Origin: an uncultured Planctomycetia bacterium
Lineage (GTDB): Bacteria > Omnitrophota > Gorgyraeia > Gorgyraeales > Gorgyraeaceae
DNA: 64,000 nucleotides
Assembly: GCA_964415355.1 (NCBI GenBank)
Contig: CAYPYS010000003.1
Location: forward strand, 4,156 to 68,155
Direction of reading: 5' to 3'
The notes under the pieces were generated by a model. It ran no database searches, had not been told where the DNA came from, and was given only the letters and a program-made list of their open reading frames with translations. A program made the position numbers and the translations under genes. Positions 29,202-39,173 of this stretch are shown here, in pieces (position 1 is the first letter of the stretch; every line of letters starts with the position of its first letter).

Positions 29202-32105
29202 CCAGCGTAACGGTTTCTGCCACGCTTCTTTTAATCTGTCCACATTCGCGTCTACGACCTTTTTGCCGTCTATACCATAGACCTTAAGATCCTTTTTATC
29301 TGAAACGCAACCCACGAGGCCCATAGGCACACCTTTCATGATAGATTCAAACTTCTTTTTGTCCTTCTTTTTTACTTCAACGATGAATCTTGTATTTGAT
29401 TCCGAGAATAAAATAACATCGCTCGGGCCTTTAGTCTGAATTGGCACTTCTCCTAAAAACACTTCTGCTCCAAGCCCGCCTGCAAATGCCATCTCAGCCA
29501 GGCTCACCCCAATACCGCCCTCAGAACAGTCGTGGCATGCCCTCGCTATACCGGCGCCTGTTGCTCTGCTGAGCGAATTAAATACCTTTAGGCCATATTT
29601 TGTATCGACCTTTGGGACGCTGTTTCCTATAACTCCCTTTATCATATTGTAATGTGAACCGCCTAATTCATCCCATGTCATGCCGACCACATATATTAAA
29701 TTCCCGCTCTCCTTAAAATCCATTGAAACCGCTTTTGTCACATCGTCCATAACGCACATCGCTGAAATCAGAAGCGTGGGAGGGATGGAAATGGATTTTC
29801 CGTGCACTGAATATTCATTGTTAAGACTGTCCTTTCCCGAAATAAAAGGCGTGCCATAACCCCTGGCAATATCAAGGCACCCGAAACTCGCCCTTACCAG
29901 ATCTCCGAGCCTGTCAGGCTTATCAGTATTGCCCCAGCAAAAGTTGTCTAGAAGCGCTGTTCTCTTCAAGTTCCCGCCCACTGATATGACCTGGCGTAAC
30001 GCTTCATCAATGCAGGAAGCAGCCATCCAATACGGGTCAATAAGACCGTAGCGCGGATTTATTCCATTTGAGACAATAATGCCTTTTTTAGAATTAAACT
30101 TTGGACGTATTATTGCAGCGTCGCCCGGACCATCATTCTTTATCCCGACAAGCGGTTTTAAAACACTCTGACCCTGCACCTCGTGGTCGTATTGCCTTAT
30201 AACCCATTCCTTACTTGAGACATTCCAGGAAGATAGGATCTTCAATAAATCTCCCGTAAGATTTTTGGGGGGGATTTTTTTTGATTCTCTGTGCTTCGGC
30301 ATTTTCCATACGGCCTTGCGCTCAAACCTGGGTATACCACCGTGCAGAAATCTCATATCCAGGTCACACACAAGGTTCCCTTTATACCTCAATCGCAATC
30401 TTTTGTCTTTAGTAAAACGACCTATTGCAACCGCCTCGACATCTTCTTTTCTGAAAACCTCTAATAACTCATCCAGATGTTTCCCGGGAACAGATAATAC
30501 CATTCTCTCCTGCGCCTCGGATATCCATATCTCTGTATAACTTAATCCATGATATTTTAAAGGTGCCTTTTCTAAATCGACTTCTGCTCCCAGGTCTTCT
30601 CCCATCTCGCCCACAGCGCTCGAAAATCCTCCTGCCCCGCAATCAGTAATAGCATTGTATAAATCTCTATCGCGCGCCTTTAAAAGCGTGTCGGTAACCT
30701 TTTTCTCTGTGATGGGATTCCCTATCTGCACTGCGCCGCCCGAAAGGTCCTCGGATTCATGCGTAAGTTCGCCGGAGGAAAAAGTAGCGCCGTGGATGCC
30801 GTCTCTCCCGGTGCGGCCCCCGACAGCTACTATAAAATCTCCTGTCTTTGCGGACTTGAACGATTTATCTTTAGGCATAATACCTACGGTGCCGCAATAC
30901 ACCAAAGGATTCCCTGTGTAGCGCTCGTCGAAAAGCACTGCGCCGTTGGCGGTCGGGATACCCATGCGATTACCATAATCCCTAACGCCGCTGACAACGC
31001 CTTTCATGATCCTTTTTGGATGCAACATGCCTTTTGGGACACGATTTTGAGGCGTGTCAGGAAGCCCAAAACAAAAAATATCAGTATTTATTATCGGTTT
31101 CGCAGCCATGCCCACGCCCAATATGTCGCGTATCACGCCTCCTATACCGGTGCCCGCTCCTCCATAAGGCTCAAGGGCAGAAGGATGATTATGAGTTTCC
31201 ACCTTGAAACATATATTGTCATCGTCGTCAAATCTGATAATCCCGGCATTGTCTTTAAAAACCGAAACGCACCATGGTTTATCCAGGTCTTTTGTAACCT
31301 TTATCACTGTATTCTTTAATAAATTATTTATCTTTCTGTTCCCCAATGCCCTGACGCCTGAGGCACGGCTCTCGAGGTTTTCTTTGTAATCTATAACGCC
31401 TTTGAACGTTTTATGCGCGCAATGCTCTGACCACGTCTGCGCAATAGTCTCTAATTCGCAATCAGTCGGGTTCCTCTTTATCCTTCTGAAATATTTCCTT
31501 ATCTCCTTCATCTCTTTAAGATTTAAAAAGAGCTGTCCGTCTTTACTGATCTTCATGAGCTTCTTATCGCTCGCTCCTAAGATATCAACTATTATTAATT
31601 TGAATTTATAATCTGCCACGTGCCCAGCACCCTGCGTACTGTGTCCCGTGACAACATGCTGTATTACTTTATTATAGAGAAGCTTTTCGCATATAGCATT
31701 AAACTGGGATTCTGAAATCCTGCCCTGCAGAAAATATTTTCTTTCGGTCTTTACGGAATCTACTCCGCTGACACCCAGATCCCTTATCGCCTTTTTTGTG
31801 CTCTCCTCGACAGGGTCCATCACGCCAGGATTATAGGCTATCTCCACTACGCGTGTCCGTGAATCGCGAGTCGTGAGTCGCGAATCGTTATAGATTTCAT
31901 ATTGCTGAGTTATAGGGTCTACCAACAATTCCTCGGCGATCTTCAATATATTATTTCTCGATACACTCCCGGAAATAATAAAGACCTGGGCAGTTGCAAC
32001 TTTCTTGATTGCAACTATACCCAGGTCTTTTATATCTTTTTTGATCCCGCTTCCCAGAGGATCAAAAATACCTTTTTTGTTCCTTATCTCAACCTTCCAC
32101 TCCAC
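29199..32105 (-). CDS. purL: FGAM synthase synthetase subunit with N-terminal PurS-like domains
   Basis: WSEHC, ETHNHPS, DCGAGG, QYDHEV and GKDS motifs. Confidence 0.95.
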   Translation of the reverse strand: MEWKVEIRNKKGIFDPLGSGIKKDIKDLGIVAIKKVATAQVFIISGSVSRNNILKIAEELLVDPITQQYEIYNDSRLTTRDSRTRVVEIAYNPGVMDPVEESTKKAIRDLGVSGVDSVKTERKYFLQGRISESQFNAICEKLLYNKVIQHVVTGHSTQGAGHVADYKFKLIIVDILGASDKKLMKISKDGQLFLNLKEMKEIRKYFRRIKRNPTDCELETIAQTWSEHCAHKTFKGVIDYKENLESRASGVRALGNRKINNLLKNTVIKVTKDLDKPWCVSVFKDNAGIIRFDDDDNICFKVETHNHPSALEPYGGAGTGIGGVIRDILGVGMAAKPIINTDIFCFGLPDTPQNRVPKGMLHPKRIMKGVVSGVRDYGNRMGIPTANGAVLFDERYTGNPLVYCGTVGIMPKDKSFKSAKTGDFIVAVGGRTGRDGIHGATFSSGELTHESEDLSGGAVQIGNPITEKKVTDTLLKARDRDLYNAITDCGAGGFSSAVGEMGEDLGAEVDLEKAPLKYHGLSYTEIWISEAQERMVLSVPGKHLDELLEVFRKEDVEAVAIGRFTKDKRLRLRYKGNLVCDLDMRFLHGGIPRFERKAVWKMPKHRESKKIPPKNLTGDLLKILSSWNVSSKEWVIRQYDHEVQGQSVLKPLVGIKNDGPGDAAIIRPKFNSKKGIIVSNGINPRYGLIDPYWMAASCIDEALRQVISVGGNLKRTALLDNFCWGNTDKPDRLGDLVRASFGCLDIARGYGTPFISGKDSLNNEYSVHGKSISIPPTLLISAMCVMDDVTKAVSMDFKESGNLIYVVGMTWDELGGSHYNMIKGVIGNSVPKVDTKYGLKVFNSLSRATGAGIARACHDCSEGGIGVSLAEMAFAGGLGAEVFLGEVPIQTKGPSDVILFSESNTRFIVEVKKKDKKKFESIMKGVPMGLVGCVSDKKDLKVYGIDGKKVVDANVDRLKEAWQKPLRW

Positions 32106-32122
32106 GCTACTCCAGTCCCTTA

Positions 32123-32827
32123 TTAAGCTTTTATTCTCTTGAGAACTTCCTGGTATGCCTCTTCTATCTTTCCTAAATCACGCCTGAAACGGTCCTTGTC
32201 CAGCTTTTCATTGGTCTTCTTATCCCAGAGCCTGCACGTGTCCGGCGATATTTCGTCTCCCAAAAGTACCTTGCCCTGATGCCTTCCGAACTCCAGTTTA
32301 AAATCAACGAGTTTTAGATCGACCTTATCGAAAAAATCTTTTAATAGGTCATTTATCTTAAACGAATAATCTTTTATCTCCTGCATCTCTTTTTTTGTAG
32401 CAAGCCCGAGCATCTCTATGTGGTCATCGTTTATCAATGGATCATGGAGCGCGTCCTCCTTGTAATGATATTCCAGGAGAGGCGCCTTTAAAACTATGCC
32501 TTCTTCTATGCCGAGAAGCTTGGAAAGACCGCCCGCGGAGATATTTCTCATAGTGACCTCCACCAGCACTATTTTAAGCCTCTTTACAAGCATCTCTCTT
32601 TCGTTCAGCTTCTTCACAAAGTGCGTTGGTATACCTTTTGACTCAAGAAGCTGAAATATAGCCGAAGAAATCTCATTATTCATGACTCCCTTTTGCTGTA
32701 TAGTGCCCCTCTTTGTGGCGTCAAAAGCCGTAGCGTCGTCCTTGAATTCCTGTATGACTAAATTAGGGTCATCTGTCTCATACAGTTTTTTTGCCTTGCC
32801 CTCGTAAATCTTTTTACCTTTCTTCAT
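32123..32827 (-). CDS. purC: SAICAR synthetase
   Basis: YEGKAK, DFKLEFG and DEISPDTCRLWD motifs. Start reset to the ATG at 32827. Confidence 0.96.
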   Translation of the reverse strand: MKKGKKIYEGKAKKLYETDDPNLVIQEFKDDATAFDATKRGTIQQKGVMNNEISSAIFQLLESKGIPTHFVKKLNEREMLVKRLKIVLVEVTMRNISAGGLSKLLGIEEGIVLKAPLLEYHYKEDALHDPLINDDHIEMLGLATKKEMQEIKDYSFKINDLLKDFFDKVDLKLVDFKLEFGRHQGKVLLGDEISPDTCRLWDKKTNEKLDKDRFRRDLGKIEEAYQEVLKRIKA

Positions 32828-32838
32828 TCTTCTCCTTC

Positions 32839-32875
32839 TAACTTTACATTTCAACAACGTTAAAATGTAAAGTTA
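32839..32875. repeat. 37-bp palindromic repeat, copy 13
   Basis: 4 nt past the purB stop. Confidence 0.95.
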
Positions 32876-32879
32876 CTTT

Positions 32880-34172
32880 TTATATACCGACTTTTTTGAA
32901 GATCCTGTCTACGTGTTTTGTATAATAAGAGAGATCAAAAAATTTCTCAAGCTCTCTGGGTTTGACCACTTTCATGAAATCCTTGTCTTTCCACAGCGCC
33001 TCTTTAAAATTTATATTTCTAGCCCAGACCTGCATGGCGCATCTCTGGATAATGTCATACGCCCTTCGTCTTTCTACGCCTCTTTTTTCCAGCTCTACAA
33101 GTATCCTTGCTGAAAATATAAGGCCTCTCGTCTTTGCCAGGTTATTCCTCATGTTCCCGGGATAGACATGAAGCTTTTTAATGATAAAGATCATGTCATT
33201 CAGCATATAATCCAAAAGTATAGTGCTGTCAGGTATGATAATCCTTTCTGCTGACGAATGGCTTATATCCCGCTCGTGCCAAAGAGCAACGTTTTCCAGA
33301 GAAACCATTGCATTCGCGCGCAAAACCCTGGCAAGACCCGTAATCCTCTCGCACATAACCGGATTTCGCTTATGCGGCATGGCGCTCGAGCCTTTCTGAC
33401 CCTTAGAAAAAGGTTCTTCGGTCTCTCTTACCTCTGTCTTCTGCAAGTTTCTGATTTCCACTGCTATTTTTTCGAGCGTGGCTCCGACAAGGGCAATCTG
33501 TGAAAGATAATCCGCGTGGCGGTCTCGCTGCAAGACCTGCGTGGATATATTGGCTGACCTCAGGCCCAACTTCTTACATACATAGTTTTCGACATAAGGC
33601 GCCACATTGGAATAAGTCCCGACCGGACCTGAAATCTTACCGACACTGATTATATACTTTGCCTGTTCGAGACGATCAATGCATCTATTTATCTCGTCAA
33701 AATAAAGGCTCATCTTTAGCCCAAATGTTGTGGGTTCAGCGTGCACGCCATGACTCCTGCCGACCATTATTGTGTTTTTATATTTCTTTGCCTTCTTGCG
33801 CAATTCCTGTTTTAGTTTATTCAGGTTTACAATAAGCATATCAGCTGCTTCTTTCATTACCACTGACAAGGCAGTATCCAATACATCGCTTGAAGTAAGA
33901 CCCTGATGCACAAACCTGGAAGCTGGTCCTACGTGTTCTGCTATATTGTGTAGAAAGGCGATTACATCGTGGCGGGTTTTTTGCTCTATTTTCTCTATAC
34001 GCTTTACGCTAAATCTTGCTTTTGACTTTATCTTCTTGAGCTCTTTCCTGGGCACCTTGCCAAGATTGGCCATTGCTTCGCAGGCAAGGATCTCTATATC
34101 CAGCATCTTCTGAAACTTATTCTGCTCGTCCCAGATAGCTGACATCTTTGGAAGTGAATATCTAGGTATCAT
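32880..34172 (-). CDS. purB: Adenylosuccinate lyase
   Basis: GSSAMPHKRNP signature. Confidence 0.97.
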   Translation of the reverse strand: MIPRYSLPKMSAIWDEQNKFQKMLDIEILACEAMANLGKVPRKELKKIKSKARFSVKRIEKIEQKTRHDVIAFLHNIAEHVGPASRFVHQGLTSSDVLDTALSVVMKEAADMLIVNLNKLKQELRKKAKKYKNTIMVGRSHGVHAEPTTFGLKMSLYFDEINRCIDRLEQAKYIISVGKISGPVGTYSNVAPYVENYVCKKLGLRSANISTQVLQRDRHADYLSQIALVGATLEKIAVEIRNLQKTEVRETEEPFSKGQKGSSAMPHKRNPVMCERITGLARVLRANAMVSLENVALWHERDISHSSAERIIIPDSTILLDYMLNDMIFIIKKLHVYPGNMRNNLAKTRGLIFSARILVELEKRGVERRRAYDIIQRCAMQVWARNINFKEALWKDKDFMKVVKPRELEKFFDLSYYTKHVDRIFKKVGI

Positions 34173-34181
34173 AGCAAAGTT

Positions 34182-34211
34182 ACTATACCATATATAGATT
34201 TAAATAGTCAA
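34182..34211 (-). promoter_or_regulatory. Putative sigma70 promoter of the pur operon
   Basis: TTGACT-18 bp-TATAGT with an extended -10 TG, very close to the purB ATG. Confidence 0.5.
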
Positions 34212-34241
34212 CAAAAAATCACTATATATACCAAAATATGT

Positions 34242-34305
34242 GTCATTCCCGCGCAAGCGGGAATCTAAGAGAACATTACGTCATTCCCGTGAAAGCGGGA
34301 ATGAC
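34242..34305. repeat. Two REP-like GTCATTCCCG..GCGGGAAT palindromes
   Basis: gtcattcccgcgcaagcgggaatct (34242-34266) and gtcattcccgtgaaagcgggaatgac (34280-34305). Confidence 0.85.
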
Positions 34306-34310
34306 ACCAT

Positions 34311-34560
34311 TTAAATAATCTCATAATACAAATCCCTCCAATCACTGTTAACTTTCTCTATAAATTCTATCTTCCATTGTCTATTTCATTTCTTTATACG
34401 TTTCTCTATATACAAGCTTATGGACATTGTATTTTTGAGCAAACCCTTTGATAATATTATTCTTGTGCTCGTATATCCTTTTTACTAGATCGCTTGTTAT
34501 GCCTATATACAATACACCATTCCTTTTGCTAGCTAATATGTAAACATAATAACGTTTCAT
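34311..34560 (-). pseudogene. GIY-YIG (YhbQ/UPF0213-like) nuclease pseudogene
   Basis: MKRYYVYILASKRNGVLYIGITSDLVKRIYEHK...KLVY, then a deletion/frameshift, then REKRIKK*NRQWK...NSDWRDLY with an internal stop. Confidence 0.85.
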
Positions 34561-34570
34561 GATAATTCAT

Positions 34571-34633
34571 GGATTCCCGCTTTCGCGGGAATGACATGTC
34601 AGAATTTGTTATTCCCGCGCAAATTAGGAATCC
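34571..34633. repeat. Two more REP-like palindromes on the other side of the GIY-YIG remnant
   Basis: ggattcccgctttcgcgggaatgac (34571-34595) and a degenerate copy at 34608-34633. Confidence 0.8.
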
Positions 34634-34689
34634 ATTCTTTATATATTATATTAGACACAGAATAAGGTTGTTTTCTTTCAAAAATTTTA

Positions 34690-34730
34690 AAATAAAAAAC
34701 CGGTTTTTCTAATTAAAGAAAAACCGGTTT
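34690..34730 (-). terminator. Intrinsic terminator after tRNA-fMet
   Basis: AAACCGGTTTTTCT / AGAAAAACCGGTTT stem followed by a T-rich run. Confidence 0.7.
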
Positions 34731-34734
34731 AATA

Positions 34735-35016
<282 letters not shown>

Positions 35017-35036
35017 ATCTTTAAAGTGTATCGTAT

Positions 35037-35065
35037 ATTATAAAGGGCTGCGCGTTGGCTGTCAA
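35037..35065 (-). promoter_or_regulatory. Consensus sigma70 promoter of tRNA-fMet
   Basis: TTGACA-17 bp-TATAAT, a perfect consensus match. Confidence 0.85.
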
Positions 35066-35082
35066 TGCTTTTATGGCAGGTC

Positions 35083-35116
35083 TAACTTTACACTTTAACG
35101 TTGTTGAAATGTAAAG

Positions 35117-35119
<3 letters not shown>
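35083..35119. repeat. 37-bp palindromic repeat, copy 14 (reverse)
   Basis: Its terminal tta is the ftsB-like stop. Confidence 0.95.
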
Positions 35120-36699
<1,580 letters not shown>

Positions 36700-38142
36700 C
36701 TATAGCTTCCCGCGGGTCGCATAATATTCCGGAATAAGCACTTTATCTAAAAGTCTGGGATTCCTTGCGGCTATATCAGAGATCATGCCCATCATGAGTT
36801 TGGTCTTGTAACGAAATAACTCGCAATAATAAGGATCCGGCTGCCCCAGATTCTTGCTTGAGAAATAATTTAGATTATAGCAAGAACCGCAACCTCTGCA
36901 TATGCGCTTCGCCCAGCATTTATTGCAGGCATCGCTTGAAGAAATCTTGTTATCAAAAAATTTTCTAACCTTATCCTCATTTATTCCTTTTCCGACCGTC
37001 CCTATCCTGAATTTTGGCAGGCCTACAAATGCGGTGCAGGGATATATGCTGCCGTCCATATCTACTGCCATCAGAGTAAACCCCGCCGAACAGGTGCCGA
37101 CGATCGACTGAATATGATACAGCCGGCTCAGCTGTTTGAAGAAGCGATTAAAATACGTATTGGCATACGTCAATCTTCCGCCAAGGATCTCTTTGGTGTA
37201 AAAAAGGGCCAGATCATCATATAAAGATTTAAGGCGGGATAATCCCCTGGGCCCTGAAAAGAAAAATTGGTTATTCGGCTCTAATCCATATCCGGCCTTC
37301 TCGCTCTCGCAGACCTCTATGCGATCAAACTCAAGATCACGTAAAAACTTAAATGTCTTCACTATTTCGTCAGAATAAGGTGTAAAGGTAGCTCTCCCTA
37401 CTATGCGTCTTCTATGTTTTTTACTAAGCGATTTTATATTATTTACCACTATATCATATGAACCCGCGCCATCAGGGAAGGGCCGCTGTCTATCCTGGAT
37501 CTTGCGCGGCCCGTCGAGACTTACGGCGACATCCACGCCATTAGATATTAAGTATTCCCCTCTTTCCTTATCCAGCAATACGCCATTGGTAGCAAGCAGA
37601 AAACGGAATTTAATTCCCTTCTTATCTTGTATCTTCCGGCAATATCCGATAACATTTTTTATAAGTTCGAAATTCAAAAGAGGTTCCCCTCCATAAAAAT
37701 CTACAACCAGATCCTTTACCCCCCTCGATTCTCTGACCAATAGATCTATTGCCTTAAATGCTACCTTTTCTCCCATCTTTTTATTATCTCTGGTTAAATT
37801 ACCGTAGCTCCCGGCTTCGTTCCAACAATAACGACAACGCAGATTACAGCTATTTACGATATTTAACGTAAGGTCTGTTATCCTTCTTTTTATATACGAA
37901 TCCGCTGGCTTTGGCTGGCAGAAAATAACCTTGTCCCTCTTTAATCTGGACAGATTATCAATGGTCGCCTTGGCGGGTTTATGCCCATACTTTCGACAGA
38001 TCTTCTCTTCGGCTTCTTTTGCGGTGCAGTGCTGCATCAGGCTTATAGCCTCTGAAGCCATGTCATCTGCTTCAAAGAAATTAGCGCTTTCGACATCGAC
38101 AACAAAGTTTTTATCGCGTATCTTAAATTGATATACTCTCAT
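36700..38142 (-). CDS. Radical SAM/SPASM peptide maturase with an N-terminal RRE-like domain (CteB/SCIFF-maturase-like)
   Basis: N-terminus YQFKIRDKNFVVDVES, CNLRCRYC, FYGGEPLL, SLDG, and SPASM CSAG...GSIYPC...CNKC...CRGCGSC...YC. Confidence 0.85.
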   Translation of the reverse strand: MRVYQFKIRDKNFVVDVESANFFEADDMASEAISLMQHCTAKEAEEKICRKYGHKPAKATIDNLSRLKRDKVIFCQPKPADSYIKRRITDLTLNIVNSCNLRCRYCWNEAGSYGNLTRDNKKMGEKVAFKAIDLLVRESRGVKDLVVDFYGGEPLLNFELIKNVIGYCRKIQDKKGIKFRFLLATNGVLLDKERGEYLISNGVDVAVSLDGPRKIQDRQRPFPDGAGSYDIVVNNIKSLSKKHRRRIVGRATFTPYSDEIVKTFKFLRDLEFDRIEVCESEKAGYGLEPNNQFFFSGPRGLSRLKSLYDDLALFYTKEILGGRLTYANTYFNRFFKQLSRLYHIQSIVGTCSAGFTLMAVDMDGSIYPCTAFVGLPKFRIGTVGKGINEDKVRKFFDNKISSSDACNKCWAKRICRGCGSCYNLNYFSSKNLGQPDPYYCELFRYKTKLMMGMISDIAARNPRLLDKVLIPEYYATRGKL

Positions 38143-38191
38143 AAAATCTACTCTTTTTTATTTTCTATCTGATTATGCCGCAACGTAAGAA

Positions 38192-38230
38192 AGGGGAGCC
38201 CCTTTATGAAAACCTAAAGCAAGCTCCCCT
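38192..38230 (-). terminator. Hairpin between the peptide gene and the maturase (possible attenuator or mRNA stabiliser)
   Basis: AGGGGAGC...GCTCCCCT stem followed by TTCTT on the minus strand. Confidence 0.55.
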
Positions 38231-38242
38231 GGAAGGAAATGC

Positions 38243-38323
38243 CTACCACAACACCCTACCGCAACGACAGAATGCCGAAGGATAGCGCCGCTTATTCTTG
38301 CGACGATTAAGCAAGTAAATCAT
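38243..38323 (-). CDS. Putative RiPP precursor peptide MIYLLNRRKNKRRYPSAFCRCGRVLW (26 aa)
   Basis: Below the ORF-track cutoff. Strong RBS (AAGGGGGTG), its own promoter, and 100 nt upstream of the RRE-SPASM gene. Confidence 0.7.
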   Translation of the reverse strand: MIYLLNRRKNKRRYPSAFCRCGRVLW

Positions 38324-38358
38324 GTGCACCCCCTTCTTCTTTGCTTCTATAGTTTATT

Positions 38359-38387
38359 ATGATATACCCTCTCCTGGCACAAGGCAA
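38359..38387 (-). promoter_or_regulatory. Putative sigma70 promoter of the peptide gene
   Basis: TTGCCT-17 bp-TATCAT. Confidence 0.5.
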
Positions 38388-38465
38388 GGAAAAAATAAGT
38401 TTACACCTTGTGACACTGTTCGAAAACATCTGGTTATTCTATCCTACCCGATAACATTGAAGATA

Positions 38466-39173
38466 TTACAAAAACACTGCCTTGAGAAACTCCATATAAA
38501 TCCTGTTGTTCAACTTTGACGCGCCGGTCTTTCTCTCTCCGAATACATAATGGATATTCTTTACAGCTATATTCCCGGGCGAGGCCTTTAAAAAATCAAA
38601 GAGTATCTTATAGCCCTTTGGCCTGAAATCGACCAAGCCATTCTTATCAAAAACCCACTCTTTCCAAAAACTTGTGTCTGCGCCAAAAAAACCTGTCAGC
38701 ACATCATAGCTGAAATATTTCTTACCTCTTATCAATAAAGAAAATCTGCCTAAAAAATTTCCAAGATAGGATATGCTTTTTCTTAAGACAGGCCAGCGGC
38801 CTTCTACTATTTTACGAGAAGCCGCAACCAACCTCGACCCCTCTGCCAGGCCGTCCATAATATCCCTTACCCTTTCCCAAGGATGCTGGTTATCCGCATC
38901 CATCACGATAAAATATTTGGTCTTGACCAATCTGGTCGCGTCTAAAATGCTCGCTGTCAGCCCATGGACCCTTTCGTTCTTCCTGTCTAAAAAAAATATC
39001 CTCCTGTCTTGAAAAGATAAAACCAGATCCCTTGTATTATCAGCCGACCCGTCATCCGTTACTATAATAAATATATCGCGGTATAATTCGAATAATTTAT
39101 TTATCAACACACCCACGTTGCCTGCTTCATTTAATGTCGGGAGTATGATAGTGTATTTATTCTCTGGTATCAT
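38466..39173 (-). CDS. GT2 glycosyltransferase (polyprenol-phosphate mannose synthase-like)
   Basis: ILPTLNE, DDGS.D, MDAD.QH and R..G.SK motifs. Confidence 0.85.
   Translation of the reverse strand: MIPENKYTIILPTLNEAGNVGVLINKLFELYRDIFIIVTDDGSADNTRDLVLSFQDRRIFFLDRKNERVHGLTASILDATRLVKTKYFIVMDADNQHPWERVRDIMDGLAEGSRLVAASRKIVEGRWPVLRKSISYLGNFLGRFSLLIRGKKYFSYDVLTGFFGADTSFWKEWVFDKNGLVDFRPKGYKILFDFLKASPGNIAVKNIHYVFGERKTGASKLNNRIYMEFLKAVFL

Noticed and set aside
38396-38406. taagtttacac, a possible half copy of the repeat at the cluster's left edge
   Set aside because: Only 11 bp match and there is no second arm. It could be chance, so it is not counted as a copy or a junction.
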